A DNA stretch of 64,000 nt from NCBI GenBank assembly GCA_964016885.1, contig OZ024743.1, positions 313,596,001-313,660,000 of the forward strand, given 5' to 3'. The translations under genes and the position numbers were made by a program. Position 1 is the first letter of the stretch. Every line of letters starts with the position of its first letter. The notes below the pieces were generated by a model that was given only the letters and a program-made list of their open reading frames with translations, made no database searches and was not told where the DNA came from. Positions 26,094 to 40,299 of this stretch are shown piece after piece. Source of the DNA: Eledone cirrhosa. Taxonomy: Eukaryota.

Positions 26094-26772
26094 TGGTACA
26101 TGCCTTGAAACCTAAGGTAGCGTAATACTTGTTGTGTAATCTAAACTATAATTAAGTAAGGAACAAAGCTAGACTAGTGGGATTGATGAGTCAATATCTG
26201 TATACAACAACTACAACGGTACGCGATGGGGCCCACCCACAGCCCCGGCGGACAGAATGGAGAAGGCGTTTCCCCGGAGGACGAAAAGGGAGACGCGCTG
26301 GAAAAGCCATTCCAACTCGCGGGGCTCACACCTGCGGCTGGCCAGCTCAGCGCCTATGGTGGTGAGTAAAGATGTAGCCCTGGGGCCGAGGACACCAGAA
26401 GTCTCCACTGCCAGGGATACGACCGCAAACCTGTCGGAGAGCGACCGATATTTAAGGAGTTTGGCCCCTCATTCCGACGTACAACTGAACCTGGGTCAGC
26501 TGCAGAAAGTGTCGGTTCAAGTGGCATCCCAGAAGAGGGGTTTGCCACCGCGGAACGGGAAGATGGTCATGCCATCTGGCCTTTTGCCGTCCCCTTGATC
26601 CAACCCCACCGGCTCGAGCTGGGAAGCAAAGCCTGCAGCGTCCAAGCCATGCTTAATGACCTCGTTGAGGGTAGCATAGCGTGGAATGCGGCGGGCACTG
26701 TGGCGACAGGAAAGCGGGTGGAGGCCGAAAGAGTCCACGGTGGAACGGCAGCGACATTGGTATGGCTGGCAG
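26094..26772 (-). pseudogene. 5'-truncated CRE-like non-LTR retrotransposon: CCHC knuckle plus restriction-like endonuclease
   Basis: CRC...GLHPLSC...RY..LNEVI...EP...GKRPDG...WDAT...KY...AVETSGVLG...LFQRVSLFVLRGNAFSIL. Confidence 0.85.
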
Positions 26773-27058
26773 ATTATCTTCGTTCTTTTCCGTTCTTTGC
26801 CAGGGAACGTCTTTACGAACCAAAGTATCGTCTTCCTGTTTTCCTTCGGTTGCAACGTTTTTCGAAATATTTACTTCTGTGTTCACAGATTGATTTTTTT
26901 AGTTTCAGAAGATCCCGTTAAGGATGAAAGCAGCGATTCTTTGCTTAAACTTTAATCTGTTATTCTAATAAATATTTGCTCTAGGGTTCTTATATATTTG
27001 ATATATATTTATCCTCATTGAGCCCTCTTTGGATTTTAGTCATCACATTTATTATTAT

Positions 27059-27112
<54 letters not shown>

Positions 27113-27427
27113 GAACAATAGAATGATATGCATCATATATACACTCTATATAAACTATATACATTGTATATCATATGATGTTTGTTTAACAGAAATATAA
27201 AGGCTGAAATAGCTTGACACCATTGTCGTCGTCCCAACTCCTTTCAACTATATATATATATATATATATATATTGTTATACTTTGGGAGGGTCATGTTGC
27301 ACATAAGAAACACACGCACCAAATTCTTTCACTTCAATTTATTATATATTTATAAATTTATAAATTTACAAATTTATAAATTTCTGGTTGGTTGGTTGGT
27401 TCCACAACCAGACAGTTGTTTATATAT

Positions 27428-27472
27428 AGTCATAGTTCTTTCGTCACACACTCTGTGACCTCTTCAGTGACT
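27428..27472 (-). ncRNA. Type I hammerhead in the 3' pLTR of family A
   Basis: AGTCA-CTGAAGA-G-GTCACA-GAGTG-TGTGAC-GAAA-GAAC-TA-TGACT. The upstream pLTR copy (31472-31516) has a broken CUUAAGA core. Confidence 0.8.
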
Positions 27473-27672
27473 GGGGATTCCTTTCTTTGTTTCTGTGCCT
27501 CTCCTTTGTTCTGTCCTACGCCATTTTGTTTCTGTGTGTGTGTTGTGTGCTCAGTCTGCGCATGCGCCACATCCGGGTGTCTGTGTGTGTTTATGTTCAT
27601 TTATTTATTTGTTTATTTACATGTTACTGGTTGGTTGTTTGTTCTATGTGTGTGTGTGTTTTCATTTTGTCC

Positions 27673-30600
27673 TTAATTGTAAGTTGTGATGTTGCTGTTC
27701 CACTCATATTTTCTATTTAATTTTGGTTGTAATTCTTTTATGTTTATTGCCTCTGTAATTTGTCTAAACATTGCGTCTTTTCTGTGTGTAGATTCTATTT
27801 TTATTTCTATGTTCTCTAATTTACCCTTGTGTTCTATCTTAGCATGTTGGTAGAGTACATATGATTCTTTATTATCCTGAAGGTCTCGCCAGTGTTCATT
27901 TATCCGTTCCCCTACACTACGAGCTGTCTCACCTATGTACACTATATTTTTGTCTCTACATTGTCCTTCAGTACATCTTATGCTATACACTACATTTCTA
28001 GTTTTACAGTTAATATGGGGGCTTATTTTACAGGTTATGCATTTCTTATCTATACATGAGGGTCTTTGAAAAAGGTATGTATTGCTAATAAGTGTTTTTA
28101 CGGAAATACCTGGTCTTTCTACTATCTTAATATTGAGTTTATGTTTATTTAGGGCCCTTCTAAATGTGTAAGCTAATTCACCTCTAGGGGTTGTATTGAT
28201 GAACATTACACTCTGGTATTTATTGCTATCATACCATGAGTTTATTCTATTAGCCTTGTTCCTAGTTCTTTCTATTCTATTCCAAAATTTGCTCCTATAC
28301 AAGGGGCAGGTCCCATTTGTGTCATTATTTACCATTTTTTCCCATTTGGTTCTGGCTCCTCTATACACTCTGATTTTATCTCTCTGATTGTAGCCAGAGA
28401 ACTGCATACGGTAGATGAAGTGTTGTATGTGTCTCTCTAGTTCTTCGGGGTTGCACATGCGGGACACATTTCTCATCACCCGTACCAAATCCGCAATCAG
28501 TATGTTGATTTTGGTATGGTCCGAAATGGCCGAGTTTCGGTGGATCAGATGTTTGGAAGTCATGGGTTTGGCATAATGGAAATGGAGGATTTGTTTTTTG
28601 TTGTTAATGGTATCTAACTAGAGCTCTGTGTCTAGTACAGGTAATCGATGGTTGGGGTGTTTACTTGGGTAGTCTATAGTAACTCTAATGCTCTGGTGGA
28701 TGGAGTTTGCTATTTGCTGGATGCTTTCCATTGTGTTTTTCTCTAGTTCCTGACTGTTCTCTAGTGGGGGTGTCTTAACTACGTTGTTTATATCATCTAC
28801 GTAGCGGGAGTACATTATCAGGGTTAAGGGGTCTACTAGTTGTTCTTTAAGTTTAAGTTTAAGTCTACTGTCCCACCATACCATGAATAAGTTAGCTATG
28901 TCGCCTGCAATGCTAACACCAATGGCTGCTCCTAACTCTTGGGCATATTTTTTTCCATTAAATTTGAACGTATGTTCCTTAAGGGTTAATTTTATGCTGG
29001 CCCCTACCGCATGTGCAATCATTTTCTTCAGTTCATCGTGGTTTTCGGGTGTCCGTATGGCTCTGGTCCACCCGTTCCATCTATCTGTGTGGGTTTTCTT
29101 GGCCATTGAGGTAATGGTAGGTTTTCTGCCTCTTGCTGGTCTTGTAGGGCACAGGTTGCTAAGGTCATATCTGTCTAGGTAACTATTACTATAGGTAAGC
29201 TTAAGTAGGAGTCCCAGCTCACTGGTATCAATCCCACGGAACTCAACCTTGCTCTCACTGATCATTTCTACGCATTTCTCGACAGCAAAATCCACGTCAA
29301 TAGATGGATACAGGGACACAACATCCATACTGCTATTATGCAGTTTGTTAGGTCCCCAGATCGGTTATTCACGCCGATTCTGCTGAGGAGGTCCTCCGTG
29401 CTGTCACATACATCTGGGGACATTTCAATGATGGGGCGTATGATCAGGGAGAGGAAGTAGGACAGTTTGTAGTTACTAGCAATGTTAACTCCACAGACTG
29501 GCCGTGTTGGTGGTCCCGCGACAGGGTCACAGCCCGTTTTATGGTGTTTTCGAAGCCCATACAACGCCGGCACTTCATTGTTCCAGGCCTGGAAGTTGTT
29601 GGCAGTCCTTTTGTTGGGCTGCATTATATTCGTCCACATCACCATATGGGCATTGAGGGCTTTTTCTCTATCCTCATGCTCCTGTGGTGTTACCTCTCTT
29701 GTGTTAGTGATGTGGGGTTGCATTGCCTGGATGTAGTTTGGCAGGCTGTCAACCGACATTCTGCCAGACTTGTCTGTTGGAAAGCATGCTATCTCTCCAT
29801 TACGTGAGCGCTGCATGAGCTTACGCAAGCCATTTACAGATTTTTCTCCTAGTTGCTGGGCCTCCATTCTATTATGCTTCTTGCTATACTGTTCTATAAT
29901 ATTTCTAAGTTCGGATTTAGCTATACTAAATTGTGCTTCTGTTTGTTCATCGACCTGCAACGGCAATTGCGTGCGTTTGTTAAATGGTAAAGTCGTGGCG
30001 TGGACTCGTTGCAGGTCGAATGATTTATCGGAGGGATTATAAAACGTAGAGTTCCAGGCTGCTGCTTTATGTGTACTAGTACTATTGTTATTGTTAGTTG
30101 TGTTGTTTCTATTTCTATTTCTACCAACAGCCTCATGGTTGTTTCTATGTCTCTCATAATTACTCCTATCTCTTTCCACTGGCTCATTGTTGTTATCTAC
30201 CCTATTTTGTGTGTCTGTGTGTTCGTCTTGGTTATTCTCTTTGTCCTTAGTCTCCCTTCTCCTTTTAATCCTATTACTTTCCCTTATTTCTGTGATTTCT
30301 GTGCTACTGTCATTACTTGTTTTCTGTGTCTGTGTGTTTGTTAAGATTGTGGTGGTGGTGAGAGGCATTGAATGCGTGTGTGTTGTTGTTGTTGTTGATG
30401 TGTGTTGTTGTTGTCTCCGTGTGTGTTATTGTTGTTGTGTGTGTTGTTATTGTTGTTTGTGTCTGCGTGTCTGGGTATGTTGTTATTGTTGTTGTTGTTG
30501 ATGTGTGTGTTGTTGTTATTGTTGTTTGTGTCTGTGTGTCTGTTGTTGTTGGGATGTGTGTTGTATATGTGTGTGCGTATATTGTTGGTTTTGTTTTTGT

Positions 30601-31357
30601 TTTTGAGGCTCCAGCGTAGTTTTGTAAATGATTTTTCTATTTCTGACAGACAACTAATCATATTTACCTTCTTGAATGTCGCAAATTCCGGGGGCAAACA
30701 TAACGCAGACATCTCATCGTTATCTATTCTTGCGTTACCATATATATTTGTGTTATTGTTGTTGTTGAACTCTTCTGTTAATGAGGTGTCGGCCATATTT
30801 ATACCGTCAATTTTGTCGGGATATCTATTGGTATTCTTTATAGTATCCTGATTTAGCTTTATCTGCTTAAGCCACTTTAGTTTCTTGTTAAAGTGCTTAT
30901 CACATTCTTGAGTAATGTACTGTTCTTCAGGGCGTATAAGGCTTATAAATATTAGTTTCTCTCTTGGTGTGGTGATCCTAGCTATTTCTTGTATTAGGTT
31001 ACGCTTATGTTTTTCTTGATGACTTAATTCTCTATAGATCTTCTTTTTTATGTTTAGAATTAATGTTCGTTTTAGCTTATCTGCTTGTTTTTTGGTGAGT
31101 TGTAATCTTCTAACGTCGGTGTTGATGGTGTTGGTGTAGACTTGGGATGAGGCACATTGTTTTATGAAGCGTAGTTGTCGAGATGTTATGGTTTTTCGTA
31201 GACAACAGAACATGGTGGTTTTCAGTATCTTGTTAGCCTGGCTAAGGCTTACAATATTTCGTTTCTGAATTTGTTTAGCAAGATTCTTTATCTGAAATCG
31301 TGTGTTGAAACCGATATTGTTATACTTTGGGAGGGTCATGTTGCCAATAAGAAACAC
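27673..31357 (-). pseudogene. PLE polyprotein (N-terminal domain, Asn/Thr/His-rich linker, RT, GIY-YIG); two frameshifts and one TAG
   Basis: ORFs 31357-30341, 30368-29268, 29328-28618 and 28563-27673 join up: PTDKSGRM, LYGLRKHHK, PTRPV, MDVVSLYPSI, SRYVDD, VYIGETARS. The TAG at 28618 corresponds to Trp in the 19945 copy. Confidence 0.95.
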
Positions 31358-32318
31358 ACGCTCCAGTTGCTTTCACTTCAATTTATTATATATTTATAAA
31401 TTTATAAATTTACAAATTTATAAATTTCTGGTTGGTTGGTTGGTTCCACAACCAGACAGTTGTTTATATATAGTCATAGTTCTTTCGTTACACACTCTGT
31501 GACCTCTTAAGTGACTGGGGATTCCTTTCTTTGTTTCTGTGCCTCTCCTTTGTTCTGTCCTACGCCATTTTGTTTCTGTGTGTGTGTTGTGTGCTCAGTC
31601 TGCGCATGCGCCACATCTGGGTGTCTGTGTGTGTTTATGTTCATTTATTTATTTGTTTATTTACATGTTACTGGTTGGTTGTTTGTTCTATGTGTGTGTG
31701 TGTTTTCATTTTGTCCTTAATTGTAAGTTGTGATGTTGCTGTTCCACTCATATTTTCTATTTAATTTTGATTGTAATTCTTTTATGTTTATTGCCTCTGT
31801 AATTTGTCTAAACATTGCGTCTTTTCTGTGTGTAGATTCTATTTTTATTTCTATGTTCTCTAATTTAGCATGTTGGTAGAGTACAGATGATTCTTTATTA
31901 TCTTGAAGGTCTCGCCAGTGTTCATTTATCCGTTCCCCTACACTACGAGCTGTCTCACCTATGTACACTATATTTTTGTCTCTACATTGTCCTTCAGTAC
32001 ATCTTATGCTATACACTACATTTCTAGTTTTACAGTTAATATGGGGGCTTATTTTACAGGTTATGCATTTCTTATCTATACATGAGGGTCTTTGAAAAAG
32101 GTATGTCTTGCTAATAAGTGTTTTTACGGAGGTACTTGGTCTTTCTACTATCTTAATATTGAGTTTATGTTTATTTAGGGCCCTTCTAAATTTGTAAGCT
32201 AATTCACTTCTAGGGGTAAATTAGAGAACATAGAAATAAACATAGAAATAAAAATAGAATCTACACACAGAAAAAGAATTTCTGATAAAGAATCTTGCTA
32301 AACAAATTCAGAAACGAA

Positions 32319-32354
<36 letters not shown>

Positions 32355-33661
32355 ATATCTATATGTGGGTGTGTGCATGCGTACATATATCATGTATATA
32401 TATTCTTGAGGTTATGAGTTCGATTCCTGGCTAGAGCCATGTGTTATGTTTTTGAACAAGACATTTTATTTCACGTTGCTCCTTCTGTCATCAGTTGCGA
32501 ACGATAGTTAATATCAGCAATGGAAACATTTTTTAAATTTTGGTCCGATTTGACAAGTTCCATCTCATTCAGTAAACGAATGAAGTCTAGGACGTTGTCG
32601 ATTGATTCCATTCCCATCTATTCCATTCATAGTGTATGTATAATGGATACACGAGTCTAACGACGATAGAGCGAGCCTGTACGGGTCTATGCCTTTCCCT
32701 TTTGCAACACCTGTAGCATGGATAGGAAAGACTGCAATCTGTAGGATACTGCCTTTCCTTCACAAAAGCATTTTGTTCTGGTATGTACCTTGGAGAGGAC
32801 ATATCTATGAGTAAACCTATTATTAATCCTGACCCTAGGCGGTATTTCTTTCTTTTATTTGTCAATTAGAAATAACTCGTTATCAATCAAAATGCCATTA
32901 TACGACCTGTGTTCTTCAAATATATTTTGCACCAAAAAAAGTGATTACTGGACTTTAGCTTTACAAACCTTGAACTGGATTTAAAAAAAGTGTCCGTTAC
33001 TATAATAAACAAACATTCCCCAAAATAAATCCTTCTGTAAATTGTGTTATCACGCTTTACGTCGAATACGTGAAAATGCAAACCTAGCTTACTTGAAATT
33101 ACAAAAAGCACTTTAACATTTTTATACCAAACCGCCTCTGGATTTATTATATAAAATCATTTGCTTTAAACCTTCGTCTATAAACTTATGTAAGGAACTT
33201 AACATAAAGAAAGTTAGCTATTTTTCTAAATCACCTAAATTCTGGGTTACTTTCAAAATTATCTTAAAATTATAGGCAATGTTTTTCATTAGAAATATGG
33301 CAAAGAAATGTTTCGAATCACATTTTCTGGTAAATCAGGGTTAACCTTCCGGGGCTCATATAAATAATATATTTATATATGTTTGTACAGTCTCGATAAC
33401 ACACTCTGTGTGTAACTGAGATATAACTTTAACATCAACATTGGCTGCTAACGAATTTCTTAACATATATCTTAATTACCGACACGAGAGCTAATTATAT
33501 CCAAATTAGTACGTATATTTAAGAATGATAGGGTATATATGTATATGGTGATGATACAATAGGAGCCGAAAATCGATTAAGGATATTTATCATTCTTTAC
33601 ATGGAAATTCATATATTCTGGCACGTTACAATCCTTCATATTTGATATATGTGTGTATATA

Positions 33662-33795
<134 letters not shown>

Positions 33796-33893
33796 CATAC
33801 ACACACACACGTTGGTGGAGTAACGATTAGACACACTTGTATTTATACATATATGATTTCACCATGCACTTTGGCTGCGAGCCGACCCCTTAT

Positions 33894-33942
<49 letters not shown>

Positions 33943-34042
33943 AAAAGTATCAAGACCCCGACCGACGTGTGGGTCATAAGTCTTTTCCTATTACCCACAC
34001 TACTTCCCTAAATATCGAGTACTCTTGTTTTATATATATATA

Positions 34043-35399
34043 TACGTTGCTGCCAAGACCTTCGCAATTCTTCTGCTGAAGAGGTTCCAGGCCATCCGTG
34101 ATGTCCGTACCCGTCCTTCTCAGGGCGGCTTCCGCCCGGGGAGGGGTGTGTTGATCAAATCTTCATTCTCCGGCATATCCTGGAACAACGGTGGGCACAT
34201 CAACAGCCTACCGTCCTCTGCTTTATCGACTTTGCAGCTGCCTTCGACTCGGTAGATCGGGAAGCCCTATGGCGTATAATGCAGGCGGACGGCATTCCAG
34301 TGAAGCTGCTTCGTCTCATACAAGGCTACTACCGGTCGACTCGGGCTGCAGTGAGGGTCTATGGTGGGGAGACGGTGTCGTTCGATGTTGGGACCGGTGT
34401 TCGGCAGGGGTGTGCGCTATCGCCAACTCTCTTTAACTACGCCATTGACTACACTCTCAACACAGCGCTCCGGCATTACCCGGGCGTATAGGTCGGGTGA
34501 GGGGTCGTGGTGACGAACCTGGTCTACGCGGATGATATTGTGCTGATGGGCGCTAACGGGACAGGTGTACAAGGTGCTCTCGAAAGGGTGCACACCGCAG
34601 ACGCCGTTGTTGGTCTACGAATCAATACCGCCAAGTCGAAAGTCATGACGTCACTGGTCTCGCCTGATGCATGGCAGCCAATATCTCTCGAGGACGTGGA
34701 CCTGGGGGATGTGAAGTCCTTCGTTTACCTAGGCTCAACAGTGGTTCCAACGGGACAGGGCGCAGTCGAGGTCAAGCGTTGCATAGGTGCTGCCAGATCC
34801 GCTTTTGGGCGCCTCCAGCGGTGTCTGTGGGACAGAAGAGAGATCAACTCGGCGACCAAAGGTAGAATCTACCAGGCCGTCGTTCGCACTATCCTCTTCT
34901 GTGGCTCTGAAACATGGCCTATGAGGGTAGTCGATCAAGGAAGGAGACAATGACTGTCTCCGCCGCATTCTTCGCTGCTGATGCGTTGATCGGGTACCTA
35001 CCACTAGTCTTCCTCTTCGCATGAATCTTCGACCCCTTCCTTCAGTGCTTCTGCAACGGCGCTTCAAATGGTTTTGTCACGCAGCCCGGTGCCCTGAGGG
35101 TGAGCTGATCGGCGATGTTCTCCTCCCACCTCCACCCCCTAGCTGGCGCAAGCGCGTTGGCGGGCAGCTGAAAACCTGGGCAACGACGATCAAGGAGGAC
35201 CTCTCCGAACTCTCAGGTCCGCAGGTGGTCGGCCTGCGCCGATGGAACCGTGACTGGCTCGCTTTCTCCAGTGACCTAGCCCGGGACCGTCGTGCGTCGG
35301 CTGCCATGGTTCGGGATGCCGTCAGGACAAGGGATGAAGCCGGCTCAACCCGTCCAGGGTGAATGTCGACACAAGTACAAGTACAAGTACAAGTAAGTA
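34043..35399 (+). pseudogene. 5'-truncated RTE-clade LINE (RT and C-terminus) with (CAAGTA)n tail
   Basis: QGGFRPGRG, FIDFAAAFDSVDR, GVRQGCALSPTLFN, YADD, GSETW, RVGGQLKTW. Tandem-repeat tail at 35371-35399. Confidence 0.95.
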
Positions 35400-35442
35400 T
35401 ATATATATATACATATAGGGAGATAGATAGATAGAGAGAGAG

Positions 35443-35537
<95 letters not shown>

Positions 35538-36366
35538 TGAGAGAGTGAGGGAGAGTGAGAGCGTATGTGAGAGAAACAAAAAGAGGTGAAAGAGGTGGCT
35601 TGAAAGAGAAAAGAGACAGGGTTAAGTTCATCTAGGTCTGGTATGGATGGATGTCTAATTTTTACTAATAACTGTATTGACGTTTTGGTGAATAAAGTCA
35701 TGATGGCTAATTTTTATGTCGCTGCTCTTTACTTATCTAAATGTTGACCGTTAAAGATACTGAGCCAACATATTTGTAAATGTAAGTATGAAGAAGTATC
35801 AATAATTTATTCACAGAATCATAATCATCAATGACATTTGCCGTAAAAAACAAATGTTGTATTTGCTGCAACTATATATAATCTTTCCACATTCTTAGTA
35901 AACAACTTACTGGCAAACTTTCAACAGTAAATGACAGCTATATAGTTATGGATGCGATTAGTTCAATCGAAAGTTCTAAGATGACGTTTTTGGTAAACAA
36001 ATAGATCCTTCACAATCCATATTCCTACCCAAATGACATTTATTCAGTATAGCTTAAATAGTGAAGAAAAAAAAGCAAAATTTGAACAAACAAAGAAAGT
36101 ACAACACGCGCTTGTGACGTGAACAATTTTTTTTTTCATCACGTCACGGTTACGCACGCGCTGAATTTTCATCATTTTGTTTCAAAATATTTTGGATAAT
36201 AACTTTTATCATCCATACGTTTAATATATAAATAGAACATAGTGCGCATTCATGTACACGTGCATAGAGACACACACACATACACACACGCACACACGCA
36301 CACACACACATACACACACGCACACATATAGTGTATATATTAGGGTATATATATATATATATATGA

Positions 36367-36417
<51 letters not shown>

Positions 36418-36418
36418 C

Positions 36419-36489
<71 letters not shown>

Positions 36490-36954
36490 ATTTGTTTGTT
36501 AAAATAATCAAATTAAATTAATTCAACAGTTAAACACATAGGAATAATAGTGTTGTTACCAAAGAGCCAGTAGATTGACAAGACGACCCTAAATATGACT
36601 AATAGCTCTAGGAAAGCCATGAACGACACTACATCTTTTTACTTTGGTTAATAATTATTAAATTTCATCCTACTTTTGTAGCTGCCACGGTGGCAGAGTT
36701 GGGCGAATCTTAGACGGTCGTGATCCTGGTCTTAAGTTCGATCCTGGTCGGGAGTAGGATTCCTGGTAAACCTGTTCAGCTTTTTAAATAAAATGTAAAA
36801 TAAAATAAAAACCGAAAATGAGTACTTGTACCTCTCGACTAAGATCCCCACCGTCTGTAGTACCGCTAATCAAGCCACTGAGACAGCTATCAAAATCTAC
36901 TGAAAATTCATACTTATAAACCTACTTTCAAAATTTTCAATATATATATATATA

Positions 36955-37274
36955 AAGGATTTGCTCCGAAACCACCAGACGTGTCTGAGGAACCTGCGAA
37001 TCCAAAGTCAGATTAGATCCACACACAGATCGAACTGTTCGCCGGGGAAACAATTGTAACACGTAATAAATTGAGTTCCGATGCATCACTGATTCTTCGT
37101 TTTCCATTTTATCATACTCTCCTCCGTAGGAGCATAGAGTGCTCAACCGGCATACTGCCTATGGAGGCATCTTAGCTACCATAAGACGTATATATATATA
37201 TATATATATATATATACGTCCAGAAATAGGCGTTGAAAGGGCTTGAGCTATCTCTGCGTTAGGGTATTGAACAT

Positions 37275-37310
<36 letters not shown>

Positions 37311-37624
37311 CATAAATAAAGATGCTGATGTTACATAAATCGTTTAATCATTTTAATTATTTCAACGGTTCTCCCATGCAAACAGGGTGTCTTCCATGCA
37401 TTTGTTGTTGTTATGAGAACGGATTCTTCAGATGAAATCCGATTTAGTGATATGCTGCCGGCAGGAGAAAAAAACACACATCCTTCTACTTGTAAGTCCA
37501 GCAGATATATGAGTCCCTGAAAGGGTCTCCCAGCCGTCCTGTTTGCTGGAGTAAGGTGCTCTCCATGTGTCAATTAGTGAAATCAGGATTCACGCATCTC
37601 CCACGGAATTGAGGTATGTATATA

Positions 37625-37663
<39 letters not shown>

Positions 37664-37782
37664 CTTTCATTCATCAGAATGAAAAAAATCATAAGTGTGT
37701 ATATATATGTGTGTATACGCAGGTGTGTATATATGTATGTATGTGAATGTATGTGTGTATGTATATATGCGTATGTATGAGC

Positions 37783-37833
<51 letters not shown>

Positions 37834-38590
37834 AATGTATAGAAGGTTGGCCGTATGTGTCTGTGCGCGCATGTGTATGTATATATGTGTACGTTTGAAT
37901 AGGACATGCTTACCTAATTGATACAGAACAGTCAGAAGGCTCGTGGCGGCATGTATCAACAGGTGTGTGTGACTGGGTCCATGGGAGTGAGGGAGAGAGG
38001 GTGTGTGAGTATATATACTGCGATGTATATATATGGCGGTGTGGGTGTCTGCGCATATAGACGTACGAGTGTGAATGCATAGATAGGTATGTCTGAATAT
38101 GTGTGTGTTATTATGAGTTTATTCTAGTATGTGTGGGTGCTTACCCTGAAGTGTGAGCAGACGTGTGAAGTACTGAACCCAGCATGACTCCATTGAAATG
38201 TGTCGGACGGAAAATGGTTGATGAACCGTGTGGCAGCAGATAATGACCAGAACTTGTGATGACGTGGAGTAAAAACAGCCAATGGCATGACAAGAGGAGA
38301 AAGAGGGTCTTTTTAGGGTGTTGTTTTGATGATAACACCCCAGTGATAAAATTTGCTCCGGACATAATACCCGTGTCTGAAAGAACCCGCAGAAGTAGAA
38401 TCAGCCAGATCCATACAAAGACCATGACTCGAGCTACATGCCGGCGAAACATTTGTAACACGAAATAAACTAAGTCCAGATGCATCACTGATTTTTCGTT
38501 TTCTTTATAATATCTGCACTCTACTCTGATGAATATCGAGTGCTAATTTTGGCATACCACCTACGGAAGCACCATAGCTACAACTATACA
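36955..38590. repeat. Two diverged direct copies of a repeat of about 230 bp (36955-37185 and 38345-38590)
   Basis: Shared TTTGCTCCG, TTGTAACACG.AATAAA, GATGCATCACTGATT.TTCGTTTTC, GAGTGCT and GGCATAC..CCTA.GGA.GCA. Confidence 0.7.
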
Positions 38591-38610
38591 CAAATATATA
38601 TATATATATA

Positions 38611-40299
38611 CTAGCAGATTTACCCGGCGTTGCTCGGGGTTTGAAATTATGCTAAGAATATACAGCTAGGAAGTAAAAGAAGAACATTATTTGTCCCCAA
38701 CCTGTCAAAATAAGCAGAAGTCTTCAATAATTAATGCAAACGAATATTTAGTGCAATCTTTGTACATATAAACCTATGTTGATAATGAAGGAAAACACTG
38801 AACAGGATGTAGTTATACAAATGATTAAAGACAATAGACGTTGCAAATCTGTAAATAAAACAGGCAGTTTTGCTAAAGTACAAAAAGTTGTATGAAAGCA
38901 GAGTTGTATACAAATAAAAAAAAACAATGAGAGTAGAATAGGAGAAAATCTATTCCTTGAGAAGCATCCTTTGCTGTGTATGGTTAAATTTTGAACTTAT
39001 AATCCAAAATATCCTGCATGACATATTCATTGTTATGTTTTGTAATGAGTAAGGTGAAGTCAAGGCAGAGCTGTTTTTTTTTGTTAACACTAAAGCATTT
39101 AAGGATAGACGATATTCTTTGTTTTTCTTTTCGGAACAAACGCAAAGAGATTATCTCGACTGCCAACTCGTGAGCAGGCAACGTAGAATTGTTCGTGCGA
39201 AAAGCAAGGTTCATCCAAGTGAATTCCAACGACGGACAGAGTTTGCCCTTGCGACTTGTTTATGGACATCGCAAAGGCAACACGAAGGGGAAATTGGGTT
39301 CGGCGAAAGGAGAAGGGAGTATCCACGCCTGATATAGTCAGGCTAATTTTTGTTATTATTACATCCTCCTCGCCTTTACCATATCCGGATAGAATGGTAG
39401 CGTCAATACTAAGTGGATACAGTTTTTTAACCACAAGGCGTGTACCATTGCATAGTTTTGGAGGAGTGATATTTCTCAGCAAAATAACTGGCGTTCCCTC
39501 TTTCAGAACCAATGTATTAGGAGGTAAACCAGGAGGATTTAAAGAATTTAGAAATTCAACTGGATAGTTGACCGCATACAGTATCAATAGATTTATATAT
39601 CCGTGGACATCCAGGAAGAATCCTGTTCAGTATGTTCCTTCATTGTCAAAAAAGTTTGATGTGTACGAATACAGCTGGAAGCATAGATAATGCCTGCCTC
39701 AAATGTGGACGAAATTACTTTAAAAATGTAAAAGTTGTAGGTCCCAATGGTTTGAATGGAAAATCCCATAAGGATTGTTCTAAAAATAAAGAAACTATCA
39801 TCAAAATCTCGTCAATTCGAGACTGCTGCGAGATTAGGCCCTTACCGCGGAAATTAACACTTAATATAGTGAAACAAGTTAAAAAACAAGTGTTTTTTAA
39901 CTTTGAAAGTGCAACAAAGAATAAACAAGAATCAAACGATAATATTAGTGATTTGTCTTCAAATGAATCTGATGTTTATATTTCTGAAATTTCGTCCTAC
40001 GATGATTATTGTTTGAAATTGAAATATTTCACTCTCTTTATAAGGATTGTCAATAAAGTTGGTTATCTCCTTTTTTTATAAGGATTGTCAATAAAGTTCG
40101 TCATCTCCCTTACATCAATTTTGCTACCGATAATTTTGATATCGATTTTTTATTGCTCAACGTGGGTCGATTCGAAAAATGTTTGTGATGTGACCATCCT
40201 AACGACATGTGCAACGTGCACAGAAAATTTGGTCAAATTCGGTTGGTAATTGTAAAAGCCTTAGGTATCCAAAGTTGCACACACACACATCCTCGCTTT

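Larger units (their letters stand above)
27272..32320 (-). mobile_element. Near full-length Penelope-like element family A in partial tandem arrangement
   Basis: 3'-ORF fragment plus pLTR (32217-31258), the full ORF, a second pLTR (27672-27272) and a short inverted end at 32215-32320. (TA)n on both flanks. Confidence 0.97.

Noticed and set aside
32600-33340. Possible very old RT remnants (also 44030-44570)
   Set aside because: Only vague motif-like fragments; needs a profile search before it can be called.
39632-40081. 149-aa plus-strand ORF
   Set aside because: Lies inside a Helitron derivative with no recognisable motif; treated as unassigned filler.
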